Source of the DNA: Phyllobates terribilis
Lineage: Eukaryota
Length of the DNA stretch: 64,000 bases
Assembly (NCBI RefSeq): GCF_046119375.1
Contig: NW_027362767.1
Span: 402,504,001-402,568,000, forward strand
Direction of reading: 5' to 3'
The notes under the pieces are model-generated. The model worked only from the letters and a program-made list of their open reading frames with translations, was not told the origin of the DNA and ran no database searches. The position numbers were made by a program, and so were the translations under genes. Positions 13,231 through 24,105 of this stretch are shown here, one piece after another. Position 1 is the stretch's first letter. Each line of letters opens with the position of its first letter.

Positions 13231-14684
13231 CTCCGAACTCCCGAACTGTAAAATGAACTTCCAGGAGAAGTCCGTGTTCAGAGGTCAGCACCGGACGGAC
13301 ACGAGGTGTACGAAATTTACAGTTTGGGTTCGCTCATCTCTATCCATGTGTAAAAAAACAAAATGCTCATGTGAAGAACTACACCAGTAACTTATATTGT
13401 CAGTGCGCTGTCCGTATCAGGACCAGACACAGTCAGAAGATGGCCCCTGTGCACAAACAATGCAAGGACCCTTAGACTTGAATGGGGACAAAAACGGGGG
13501 TCTCAGGGCCCCTTTCACATGTCTGACTTTTCTCATATGTCTCCTGCCTTGGGACATGTACATATTATGATTTATGGGGCTGTTCACAATTTTTTTGTCC
13601 GCCAAAAAAAGTTTCATAAGAGAAGATTGAGAACCCTTAATGATTTTTCTTTTTTTATTTTTTTACAAAAAAATCATTGATGAAATGCTGATGATAAAAA
13701 CTGACCAAACGCCGGTGAAAATCAGATCCAAAACACTGATACAACTGGCTCAGTATGCAAAAAAAATAACTCAGGTGGGAAACCGGCTGAAGGCTCCATA
13801 GCGGCCGTGTAGGACCTAGGATTGGCGGAGGAGAATACTCGCCGCTCTCGGGACCTTCTTCTTCTTCACTTGTGACTTTTGGCTCCTTACATGAGATTAT
13901 CTGGGGGTGATAGTTACAGTAATTTTATTTTCCTTGCAATAAACTGGAAATCAGTCAGCAATTAAAAAAAAAAAAAAGAAGCAGCAGAGGAAGGGTTAAT
14001 GCGTGCAGCTGTCACTAAATTCAGCGCTCTCCCTTTCATTCACCCCTAATTGCTCGTAACAAGGGACATTAACACTAATCACGTCTCTTACGTACATGCT
14101 GGAGTGTTTAGCGCGGCAATTGGACACAGATTGAGCGGCCACAAATCTTTCTTCTGTGCCCGGGTCACGGTGTTTGGAGGAGCGAGGGCACAACCTCTAT
14201 GTAGCGGGCATAATCGCACAGCGCGGGGTATCACTGTACGGAGGACTGGAGGTGAGCACTGGATCATACAGGGAGGGAGCTCGGTGTATGACCAGTGTGT
14301 AGACATGTAGCAGAGCTGTGTTTGGCGCGGCATGATGTGGTTTTACATAGGACTGCATATTTACTGACTTTTTCGTGTTAGTACATACTTGTTTGTATAC
14401 CTTATGGAATAAAAATTATTTGAACTCCTCTGTTATTCCTCCTGGAAATGTATGAATAATTAGACAACTGCGTGGTTACCATTCACCTGGGTAGCCATAC
14501 ACACTCTGACAGTACTGACAAGGGAAAGGGCCACGCCCAATTGTTAATTTGTTCATTTCCAAGAGGAATAACAGAGGAACACAACAAGCAGAAGTTTAAA
14601 GTGAAAGAGCTGCATAATCGTTATATTATAAAAAATACAAGTAAACACTTAAACAGACATGAAAAGTTGTTTATAAGACTTTAA

Positions 14685-15015
14685 AGGAGATCTGTCACTT
14701 CCCATAAATATGTCATTTCTTTACCTGGTGTAAACGCCGCTGTTCTCCTGAATCCGGCGATGTTTTTTTTTTGTTCCTGCTCCTCTCCGTTCCTGAGATA
14801 TGGCCTCCTCTTCTCTGTATGTAAATCTTGTCTTGTTCCAAGTGGGTAGAAGTCTTCTTAAGGATCCCGCCCATTTGGCTAAAAAGACAAGATGTATATA
14901 CAAGGAAGAGGAGGCCGTATCTCAGGAACAGAGAGGCGCAGGAACAAAAGAAAAACATCGCCGGATTCAGGAGAACAGCGGCATTTACACCAAGTAAAAA
15001 AATAACATATTTAGT
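14685..15015. mobile_element. Kolobok/T2-type palindromic MITE
   Basis: TTAA then AGGAGATCTGTCA; long internal inverted arms; right end eroded. Confidence 0.7.
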
Positions 15016-16552
15016 CCATTTTAACATGCTGAACCTCAACAGTTAAATTACAAATTCAGCTCTGCTACATCTGAAATAAACTGCTGCACATGGTGTTATA
15101 TAGCATTGTGTTTTTTTTACGCCATTCATTATTCATATAATCTCATTTTTGTGCACATAGGTCCAATGTGTCCAACTACAGGAGGCCCAACTTCGCATAA
15201 GGATTAATGAATGCAATCAAATTTCTATTTTCGGAGAGGTGCTATATGTGTTAAAGGGAACCTGTCATGGGTTTTCTTTAAATAAAGCATGTCCCCCACC
15301 TTTCAGACCCCTTTAATAGCACTCCAGCATCCCCTTTATAAGAGCCCAGCTCCCCCTACATACATAGGAAAATGCTTTTTAGAATTGTCCTGTGCCTTAT
15401 TATAATTGATGAGCACTTGGGCTCAGCGCCTCCTCTGTCCCCGCAAAAACCGCCTCTCCTGCCTTGATGGATGGGAATGACGTCTGCTACATCATCCTCG
15501 CAGCCTGTTCACCTCTCACACCTGCGCATAGGAAACAAGACCTGCGCAGCCACAACAGGCTGTGCGGATACTCTTTCACACACAACCTGTAGAAAAACAT
15601 GGCTCCGATGCCCCCATCCCCCACAGCAAAGTAAAACTGCTTTTTTTGGTGCACATACCAGGAACTGTCATGATTCTCATGATCTGTAACTTGCCCCTTT
15701 TGAGTGGAAGATTCCTCTTCCTTAGCATTCTGCCAGCACTATCTGTGCAGGAACTCCCTCTCCTTCACTTCCTAGTATGCACTGCACCTGCCTATATCTG
15801 AATTGCATCATTACATTTGATGTTTGTATTCTCCCTGGAAAATTTTTGTTGCATATGCCAAATTCAACCGATGCATGTCACTTTTACGGTGTATAGTAAC
15901 TTATTTAAGACAGAAAAATATATTAAAATAACATATATCGTGCGGTATACATATTTTTTATAATATAAGGCTACAGGTGATGCATACCTCTGTATCGCAG
16001 CCTCCAGATACAGAGATCCTGGGATACTTGCTCATTACAAAAGGCTCTGGGCTATTGCCGCTACTTTGTCTCCCCCTTGTGGTCCCTGATTGGTACAGTA
16101 CTTTAGAAGAGCAGTTGATCGGGCAACTCTATCAATCACAAAACTAAACTAAAGATTTTAGTCACCTGACTTCATATTTGTCAAACAGTTTTATTTTTAT
16201 TTTACCTTTTTAATATGGCGACTGGGACATAAATTATTAATGTTTTGAAGAAATGATGAGAGCGGTCATGGTACTGATCTGCTTCTGCTGCTTACTTGAT
16301 GGACGCAAATACAATTTAGTGCAGGGAGGGAGCGGCAGCCAGGGCACAGGTGATGAGTACGATGACTCTGATACTGCTCATCTCTGTGACTGCACCCCGG
16401 CCGACAGAAATTCTGGCGGCTGGAGGAAAGGACCGGAGCGGCCACAGGCATTTAGCAATCAATGTAAGGGTTTTTTTTCAAAGTGGAGTTTATCACAATT
16501 TTTGTATTTCTGTTTGTGCACCAATTTTCGAGCATTGATCAAGAGTTCTTAA

Positions 16553-16964
16553 AGGGAATCTGTCATCAGGTTTTTGCTATTTAACCTGAGAACAGCATAA
16601 TATAGAGCAAGAGAGACAGATCCCAGGGATGTGTCACTTATTAGGCTGTGTTCTGTTGTTTCAATACAATCAGTGTTTTATCAGCAGGAAATTATCACTG
16701 CAGGACTAGGTGTTACATGCAGAGAAGTCCAGCTCATTTATGTAACCCCGCCCACACCTCTGATTGGCAGCTTGCTGATAGTGTACACAGGAATCAGCCA
16801 ATCAGTAGTGAGAGCGGGGTTATACACAGCTTAGCATTCAGAGCACTGCTAATTTTACAAATTAGAAAGCAGATACTCCAGTAAGTGATACATCACTGGA
16901 ATCAGGCTCTCTGCTCCCACATCACGCTGCTCTCAGATTACTAGCAAAAACCTGCTGACAGATT
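16553..16964. mobile_element. Kolobok/T2-type MITE
   Basis: TTAA|AGGGAATCTGTCATCAGGTTTTTGC with right arm GCAAAAACCTGCTGACAGATT; a related interrupted copy starts at about 57283. Confidence 0.75.
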
Positions 16965-17990
16965 ACTGTGAGGACTGAGATCGGGGAAGTTTCCTGACCA
17001 TGGACCCAAAATGTCAATGTTTTGATCACCAAGCAACGTAGTTATCACTTTTGATTGTGACATGGTCTCCATCATGCTGGAAAAAGCATTGTTCATCACT
17101 AGTGATGAGCGAGTATGCCTTATTAACTCTTTCGGCGAGCACGCTCGGGTGCTCGCCGAGTATTTTGGCGTGCTCGGGGCTTCATCCATTGTCGCCACGC
17201 CTGCAAGTGTCACAGCTGTTTGACTGCTGTGACACATGCAGAGATAGCCTGCTCGGCAGGCGCGGCGACAATGAATGAAACCCCGAGCACGCCAAAATAC
17301 TCGGCGAGCACCCGAGCGTGCTCGCCGGAAAGGGTTAATGAAACATACTCGCTCATCACTATTCATCACCAAATTGCTCCTAGATCACTAGGAGAAGTTG
17401 CTCTTGGAGGATGATTAGATCCCATTCCTTATTCAGGACAGTGTTTTTAGGAAAAATTGTGAGTGAGACCCCTCCATGGATGAGAAGCCCCCACACATGA
17501 ATGGTCTCAGGATGCTTTGGCAGACAAAGGACTTATGGTAGCGCTTACCTTGGCAGCGCTGGAGTGAAAAAATTGCAGCACAAAAGATCATTTCACCCTA
17601 CAAACGAGAGTTTTGCTTGTTTGTCGGGTGAAATTCATTCAGAGTAAATACACCCTTATGGTCTCCTTTTCCTGAGCTTTACAAGAGGAGTAGCAAGACA
17701 GCAGCCATTGGTCGAAATCTTCTGAGATGACAATTGTGCTTCGTTCACCAGACATGAGGGCGATCTCATGAGGGCGATTCTGCTTGGGAAAAGGTAACGC
17801 CATAGTTCACATCGTCTGTAAGGAAGAAAAATCACTGCTTTAACGTGGGAGAGAAAAAAGCTCCGTTAATATGGAGCACGCCATTGTTTTTCTGGTGATA
17901 TCCTCTATCAGATTGTTGCGTCACACACCTACCTTCCCATTTGAAAAGCGGAAATGGAATCCAAGATGGCACCATTCAAGATGGCCACCA
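16965..17990 (-). mobile_element. Degenerate Tc1-like transposase relic
   Basis: The - strand reads ...PWSGNFPDLSP, a decayed WPGNSPDLNP motif; interrupted by a hAT MITE. Confidence 0.6.
17100..17361. mobile_element. hAT-type fold-back MITE
   Basis: TIR TAGTGATGAGCGAGTATG / CATACTCGCTCATCACTA with perfect 8-bp TSD TTCATCAC; element is almost fully palindromic. A decayed half-copy lies at about 60-158. Confidence 0.9.
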
Positions 17991-18202
17991 TGTTGGTGAC
18001 ATGCGTTAACAGGTTTCCCTCTGCCCTGTTCCTACTGCTTTTACATCAAACTGGATCACCGTCTGCCAATGTATTCTCATGTCACACGCTTCCGTACTTT
18101 TGTGATACACAAGGGAACTAATCAGTCACTATGGAAAGTCTGACAGTAGTTGCGGGAGTCTTCTCTCCTAAATACACCGGTGCAGCACTGTGGCCCCTAA
18201 TA

Positions 18203-18370
18203 AAGGGGTTATCCTCTTTCGGGAAACTTCTGCCTGCAGGTCTAGTTAGGGGCCAAGCACATGTCAGCACGGCAGCGAAATCACAGAGACCAGGGCAATG
18301 GCGGAGACTCAGCGCTGGGCCTGGGGACGGTGATTAAAGCAATAGGTTTCTTAAAGATGGAAAACCCCTT
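18203..18370. mobile_element. Short Kolobok/T2-type MITE
   Basis: AGGGGTTATCC...GGAAAACCCCT|TTAA. Confidence 0.65.
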
Positions 18371-19089
18371 TAATGATTTGTGCCCCACTAAATACACTTA
18401 TCACCTATTCATCCCGGAAAAGGGGGTCCCAATGCATGACCACCAGTTTATTCACTTCTATGGGACCGATTGAGCACCCATCCCTGCCAGTCCCATAGAA
18501 GTGAATTGATCGGTGGTCGAGCATGCACACTATCACTTTAATCACACAGGGGGCTTTGGGACCTTCGTTTTCAGGATTCGGGGGGCCATTTCAAGTGTAG
18601 TCTTTCAATTAGTCACTTGTTTATGGTAATCTGAATAGGAAAAGCTGTGTAAATTATCGGCTATCCCTTTAAATAGAAGCTGGGCTAAGTTGTAAATAGT
18701 GTTCCTGATAACGAGCCCATCATCTGTTTCTAATGAAGACTAGCAGAATTTTGAATGCAGCTCTGGAGTACAATACAGTTTGCAGCCTATGCATACAAGA
18801 TACGTAATCAGTCTTTTATATTGGCTGTATTTATACATGAAACTGAAACGTAGTCTTTAAGTGTAGATTGCCCCTTTAAAAACAGGTGTGTATATGGGTG
18901 TGTGTGTGTGTGTGTGTATATATATGGCCTCGCAAACACATGGAGGGATTTATTAGGCCTAGTAAACACAAAAGTCTACTGGTTTCTCATAGCAACCAAT
19001 GAGGTTGCTGCTTTCATGTTTCAAGCACTTCTAAAAATGAAAGCTGTGATCTTGTTCGTTGATATGAGTAACTGGTTTAAGAAATCGCC

Positions 19090-19421
19090 AGGAGACTGTA
19101 AGTCCCGCCCACTTCTGGGTGGTATCCAATCATCGTGTGGGGGCGTGATTTCTGATGCGTTAGGCAGCCATGTTTACTAAAGGCAAAAAGGGTCGTAAAT
19201 ATTTTGTTAAAGTATTCACACTGAAGCTCCTGTACACCACAATAAGAATTTAGCCGACATTCTATTCGTCGGTTTTATCTCTTGTTTCAGCTACTTCCCT
19301 AATGTACCTTTTCCAAGATGGCGGCATCAGCCTCTCAGACGTTGCGTAATGACGTTGCAGGCTGACGTGATGACGTGAGGTGCGGCATGTGTTGTCTTGT
19401 AGTTGCCGATTCATTGTGGAG
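19090..19421 (+). promoter_or_regulatory. PSMD8 CpG-rich promoter / 5' UTR
   Basis: GC box CCCGCCC 19104-19110; CCAAT 19126-19130; YY1-type CAAGATGGCGGC 19314-19325; ARE-like ATGACGTTGCA 19349-19359; tandem TGACGTGA half-CRE sites 19363-19378. Confidence 0.75.
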
Positions 19422-19550
19422 ATGGCGGTGAACGGGGGAGAAGCTGCCGGCCTGAGACAAGTGGCCGACATGTACGAGCAGCTGAAAGCCGAGTGGAACA
19501 AGAAGAGTCCGAGTCTGAGCAAGTGCGGGGATGTGCTGGGAAAGCTGAAG
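19422..19550 (+). CDS. PSMD8: 26S proteasome non-ATPase regulatory subunit 8 (Rpn12), coding exon 1
   Basis: ATG at 19422 gives [43 protein letters not shown], followed by donor AAG|GTGAGG. Matches the recalled vertebrate PSMD8 N-terminus ([27 protein letters not shown]). Confidence 0.96.
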
Positions 19551-19755
19551 GTGAGGCCGGGGGAGGCGAGGAGGACAGCCGGGGAAGAGCCGGGAACGTG
19601 GGGGAGGGGGGTTACAACCAACACTCTATAGGGCTCCAGTGTCAGGGTCTCTGGAGTCAGTGGTCATGGTGATGGGGTCCTCAGGTGACACTAAGACGCT
19701 TACTGAGGGGCTCAAGGTGGTCCTCGTGTGATGCTGGGAAGGGGGGGACGGCTTG

Positions 19756-21052
19756 ATCCCCGGTGTGATGCTGGGGAGGGGGGATATAGCTGGGTCCCCG
19801 GTGTGACACTGGGGAGGGGGGGGGGTATAGCGGGGTCCCCGGTGTGACGCTGGGGAGGGGGGGGTATAGCGGGGTCCCCGGTGTGACGCTGGGGAGGGGG
19901 GGGTATAGCGGGGTCCCCGGTGTGACGCTGGGGAGGGGGGGGTATAGCTGGGTCCCCGGTGTGACACTGGGGAGGGGGGGTATAGCTGGGTCCTCGGTGT
20001 GACACTGGGGAGGGGGGGATATAGCGGGGTCCCCGGTGTGACGCTGGGGAGGGGGGGGTATAGCTGGGTCCTCGGTGTGACGCTGGGGAGGGGGGGGTAT
20101 AGCTGGGTCCCCGGTGTGACGCTGGGGAGGGGGGGGTATAGCTGGGTCACCGGTGTGATGCTGGGGAGGGGGGGGTATAGCTGGGTCCTTGGTGTGACAC
20201 TGGGGAGGGGGGGTATAGCGGGGACACTGGGGAGGGGGGGTATAGCTGGGTCCCCGGTGTAATGCTGGGGAGGGGGGGGTATAGCTGGGTCCCCGGTGTG
20301 ATGCTGGGGGGGGGAGGGTATAGCTGGGTCCCCGGTGTGATGCTGGGGAGGGGGGGGTATAGCTGGGTCCTTGGTGTGACACTGGGGAGGGGGGGTATAG
20401 CGGGGACACTGGGGACGGGGGGGGGGTATAGCGGGGACACTGGGGACGGGGGGGGGGTATAGCTGGTTCCCCGGTGTGATGCTGGGGAGGGGGGGGGTAT
20501 AGCGGGGACACTGGGGAGGGGGGGGGTATAGCTGGGTCCCCGGTGTAATGCTGGGGAGGGGGGGGGTATAGCTGGGTCCCCGGTGTAATGCTGGGGAGGG
20601 GGGGGGTATAGCTGGGTCCCCGGTGTGATGCTGGGGAGGGGGGGGTATAGCTGGGTCCCCGGTGTGATGCTGGGGAGGGGGGGGGGGTATAGCTGGGTCC
20701 CCGGTGTGATGCTGGGGAGGGGGGGGGGTATAGCTGGGTCCCCGGTGTGATGCTGGGGAGGGGGGGGGGTATAGCTGGGTCCCCGGTGTGATGCTGGGGA
20801 GGGGGGGGTATAGCTGGGTCCTTGGTGTGACACTGGGGAGGGGGGGTATAGCGGGGACACTGGGGACGGGGGGGGGGTATAGCTGGTTCCCCGGTGTGAT
20901 GCTGGGGAGGGGGGGGGTATAGCTGGGTCCTTGGTGTGACACTGGGGAGGGGGGGTATAGCGGGGACACTGGGGAGGGGGGGTATAGCGGGGTCCCCGGT
21001 GTGACACTGGGGAGGGGGGGTATAGTGGGGTCCCCGGTGTGAAGCTGGGGGG
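19756..21052 (+). repeat. G-rich minisatellite in PSMD8 intron 1
   Basis: 34 TATAG cores counted; long unit of about 38-41 bp (GGGTCCCCGGTGTGATGCTGGGGAG(G)nTATAGC) and short unit of about 27-30 bp (GGGGACACTGGGGA(G)nTATAGC). Confidence 0.97.
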
Positions 21053-22376
21053 TTCATTTTTATTGCAAAACGTCTCGCTGTTCCTACCTTCCGGCTTTTG
21101 AGTGTTATTTACGTTTTTCAGGTTCCCAACAACGCCACGTGGTTAAACTATTCTAGAGGGGTCTCCTGCTTTGAAGATGCTCAATCATTTTGGAGTGTGT
21201 GCGTTTTTTTTTATTAAGCATTTTGCCTTACATATATGGTCCTGTAATAAAGTGGGTGACGTCTATAAAGCTTCCAGGTGTGCGGCCGCTCCTAACAGGA
21301 TGTCGGAGGTCCTGCTCCGTCTGCAGATGTTTTCGGGATTACTTTACACTTTTGTGGATGTTGACAGTCCTGTTCTGCGGCTTCTCTCGTTATGTTCTTC
21401 ATGTCTCTGTGTTGATTGCTCATTGATTAGTGTCATCGGTAACTTTCTGCTATGTGTATTATCTAACCATGACCTGCCACTTCAGGAATAGGGCTTGTTA
21501 ATGAGCCAGGACCCCATCATGGCTCGTCTTTGACAGTAAGCTTCAGGGACGGGAGATTGTGCACCTCTGGAGATTTTATTTTTTTCCTTAAGATGTGTTT
21601 GGGGCTAAAAATCATCTTTACAATTTGGTTTCAATGCAGATTTTACACCCTTTGGGTTTATTTTAAGTACCTGCCTATAGGTCCGAATAAATGGTTGTCC
21701 TGAGAATGTAGGGGTGCAGCGCTGCGGTATCTGTGCCTGAGCTCCCTGTGCAGCTGGTCGGTCGGGGCACAAAGCTATACTGGTGCTGGACCCTTTCTTT
21801 ATCCAGATCAATGAGGGTCCCAGAGGTCAGATCACCACCGATCATAAAGCAGCGGCGTGCCCTAGTGATATATCGTCACTTTATAAGGCGGCCGTACTCC
21901 TTTTTCTAGTTCTTTGTTGCACTTACGGTGAAACGTCTAATCCAGTATTCAGTTCTCCGACTTTCGAATATATTTCCCGTCTTTCGAGCTCTCTGCTTGC
22001 TGTCAGTGAATAATCTTATTTATATCTTGTGGCTCAAATTTAGTCTAAACTGATACATTGTAACAAACTATCATGAGAGAATAGAACGTTTTTGTTTGTT
22101 TTTTTGCCACTAAATGGATACATTGTTGCAAACATTCAGCTGTGAGAAGTCTCAGTTCTCGGGAAATGAGTGTTCCTGTTCATTGACGGCAAGCAGAGAT
22201 GTTAAAAATGTTGAAGGTATATAAGTATTTGATTTGGGTCCCGTTCTGCTGAGAAATCTACACGAGGAGCAGGTCCTACATCCAGCATCAGGAACGCGCC
22301 CAAGATATTAGAAAGATGCAGACTTCTTGTCCCCGGGATTTGGTGACGTGTAACACTCTGTTTTCTCTCCTTACAG

Positions 22377-22449
22377 TTGGCCCTTTTGGAGCAGAATTTT
22401 TTACCCACCACCGACACCAAACTGACCAAGCAGCAGCTGATACTGGCCA
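22377..22449 (+). CDS. PSMD8: PSMD8 exon 2 (73 nt)
   Basis: Pyrimidine tract then TTACAG| acceptor; encodes LALLEQNFLPTTDTKLTKQQLILA(R); donor A|GTGAGT. Confidence 0.97.
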
Positions 22450-22949
22450 GTGAGTATGACCGGGACGGTCCTCAAAAGAAGAAAAAAAAAAAAGTCTTAT
22501 GTAACACAATAGTATCAATAAAAAACTTCACCCATGATCAAAGTCACGGGTCTCAGAAAATTGCCACACAAACTTTTTTTTTTTTTTTTTTTAAATTTCT
22601 GAATTTCTTTTTCGACAATTTTTTTTTTTTTTACCAATTTTTGTAAAAACTAAACCCCAAAATAATCAATAGTGGAACATTTTTATTTATTTAGTTTTCC
22701 AATAGATTATGTTGTAAAATGAACGGTGTTATTCCAAATGACTCGTCTTACAAAAAAACGTCCGTTTTCGTACGGCTATGTCAGCAGAAAAATGATCATA
22801 TGGTTCTGGGGAGGAAAAAAAAACAAAAATGGTCTGGAAGTTGTCAGCGACTCCATGCTTCAGTCTGATGGGTCCCTACCCTTCCCCCGTACCTCCACAG
22901 ATTGCACTATTCCTAGCTGGGACCCCTGAAGGACACTGAATACTGCTAA

Positions 22950-23123
<174 letters not shown>

Positions 23124-23225
23124 TAAGATTATGTTTCTGTTCTCATCACATTTGGGACTTGTATTTGGGGACCGCACTTGTGGCTTATCGCTGACTTGCA
23201 ATGTGTTTTGCTCCTCTTGTTGCAG

Positions 23226-23391
23226 GGACGAGCTCCCTGAATCTGCCTACAAGCACCAGCTGCTCGGCCTCAACCTCCTCTTCCTCCTGTCCCAGAACAG
23301 AGTGGCTGAGTTTCACACCGAGCTGGAACGGTTACCGGCCAAAGATATCCAGGCGAACGTCTACATAAAGCACCCAGTGTCCCTAGAGCAG
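23226..23391 (+). CDS. PSMD8: PSMD8 exon 4 (166 nt)
   Basis: TGCAG| acceptor; encodes [55 protein letters not shown]; donor CAG|GTGGGT. Confidence 0.97.
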
Positions 23392-23457
23392 GTGGGTGTC
23401 ACCGGTGACCCAGCTGTGATGGGGGTGGGATCGGCTGCTCTGTTCATGAACCTATAA

Positions 23458-23676
<219 letters not shown>

Positions 23677-24105
23677 TGACATTACGCCAGAGGCCGGCTA
23701 ATCAAAAGTTGCAGCGGGGATCCCAGAAGGTAAGAGATTTGCAGAGCTCCCGTCCAGCTCCTAGCCAATGGATCGGAATCACGCGAAACGATCCGCCCAT
23801 CACTAATTGGCCCCTAAGGCTATGTTCACACCATGTTTTTGCCCTATGCTTCGTTAAAAAAGCTCCTTTTGTACATCCTAAAGGTGTTCATGGGGCTCTT
23901 TTACAAAAAAAAAAAAAAAAAAAGTCCTCCTGTCGGATTAGTATGCATCAGTATGCCACCAAAAAAGTAGTAGAATAAGCTCTTCCATCCCACAGGGTCC
24001 TGTAAGTGATGCATCTGTTAAATGGATGTTTTTCTAACTTAAGAATCTACAGGTAATTGATGCGACTGTATGGAATTCATCAATGTAATGTAGAGGTCAT
24101 ACATA

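Larger units (their letters stand above)
8002..13342. mobile_element. hAT-type non-autonomous element expanded by nested insertions
   Basis: TIR TAGAGATGAGCG / CGCTCATCTCTA; 8-bp TSD TCCCTGTG and TCCATGTG (7/8 match). Confidence 0.8.

Noticed and set aside
13029-13390. Charged K/R/E-rich and F/S/L-rich ORFs
   Set aside because: They come from the CTT microsatellite fused to Gypsy RT and hAT sequence.
14713-15046. Mirror-image ORFs on both strands
   Set aside because: They are the two arms of a palindromic MITE.
18131-18473. GC-rich exon-like segment upstream of PSMD8
   Set aside because: It lies mostly inside a short T2-type MITE (18203-18370) and has no consistent splice partners.
19380-19421. 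Upstream in-frame extension of PSMD8 (GTG start in the ORF track)
   Set aside because: It needs a non-ATG start and shows no similarity to the recalled mammalian extension; ATG 19422 has good context.
19756-21052. Regular repeat array as a possible CRISPR
   Set aside because: There are no unique spacers or cas genes, and the context is a eukaryotic intron; it is a VNTR.
19626-21057. Long Pro-rich ORFs (447, 458 and 286 aa) on the - strand and Gly-rich ORFs on the + strand
   Set aside because: They are translations of the intron-1 minisatellite. The unit almost never contains TTA/CTA/TCA, so all - frames stay open by composition.
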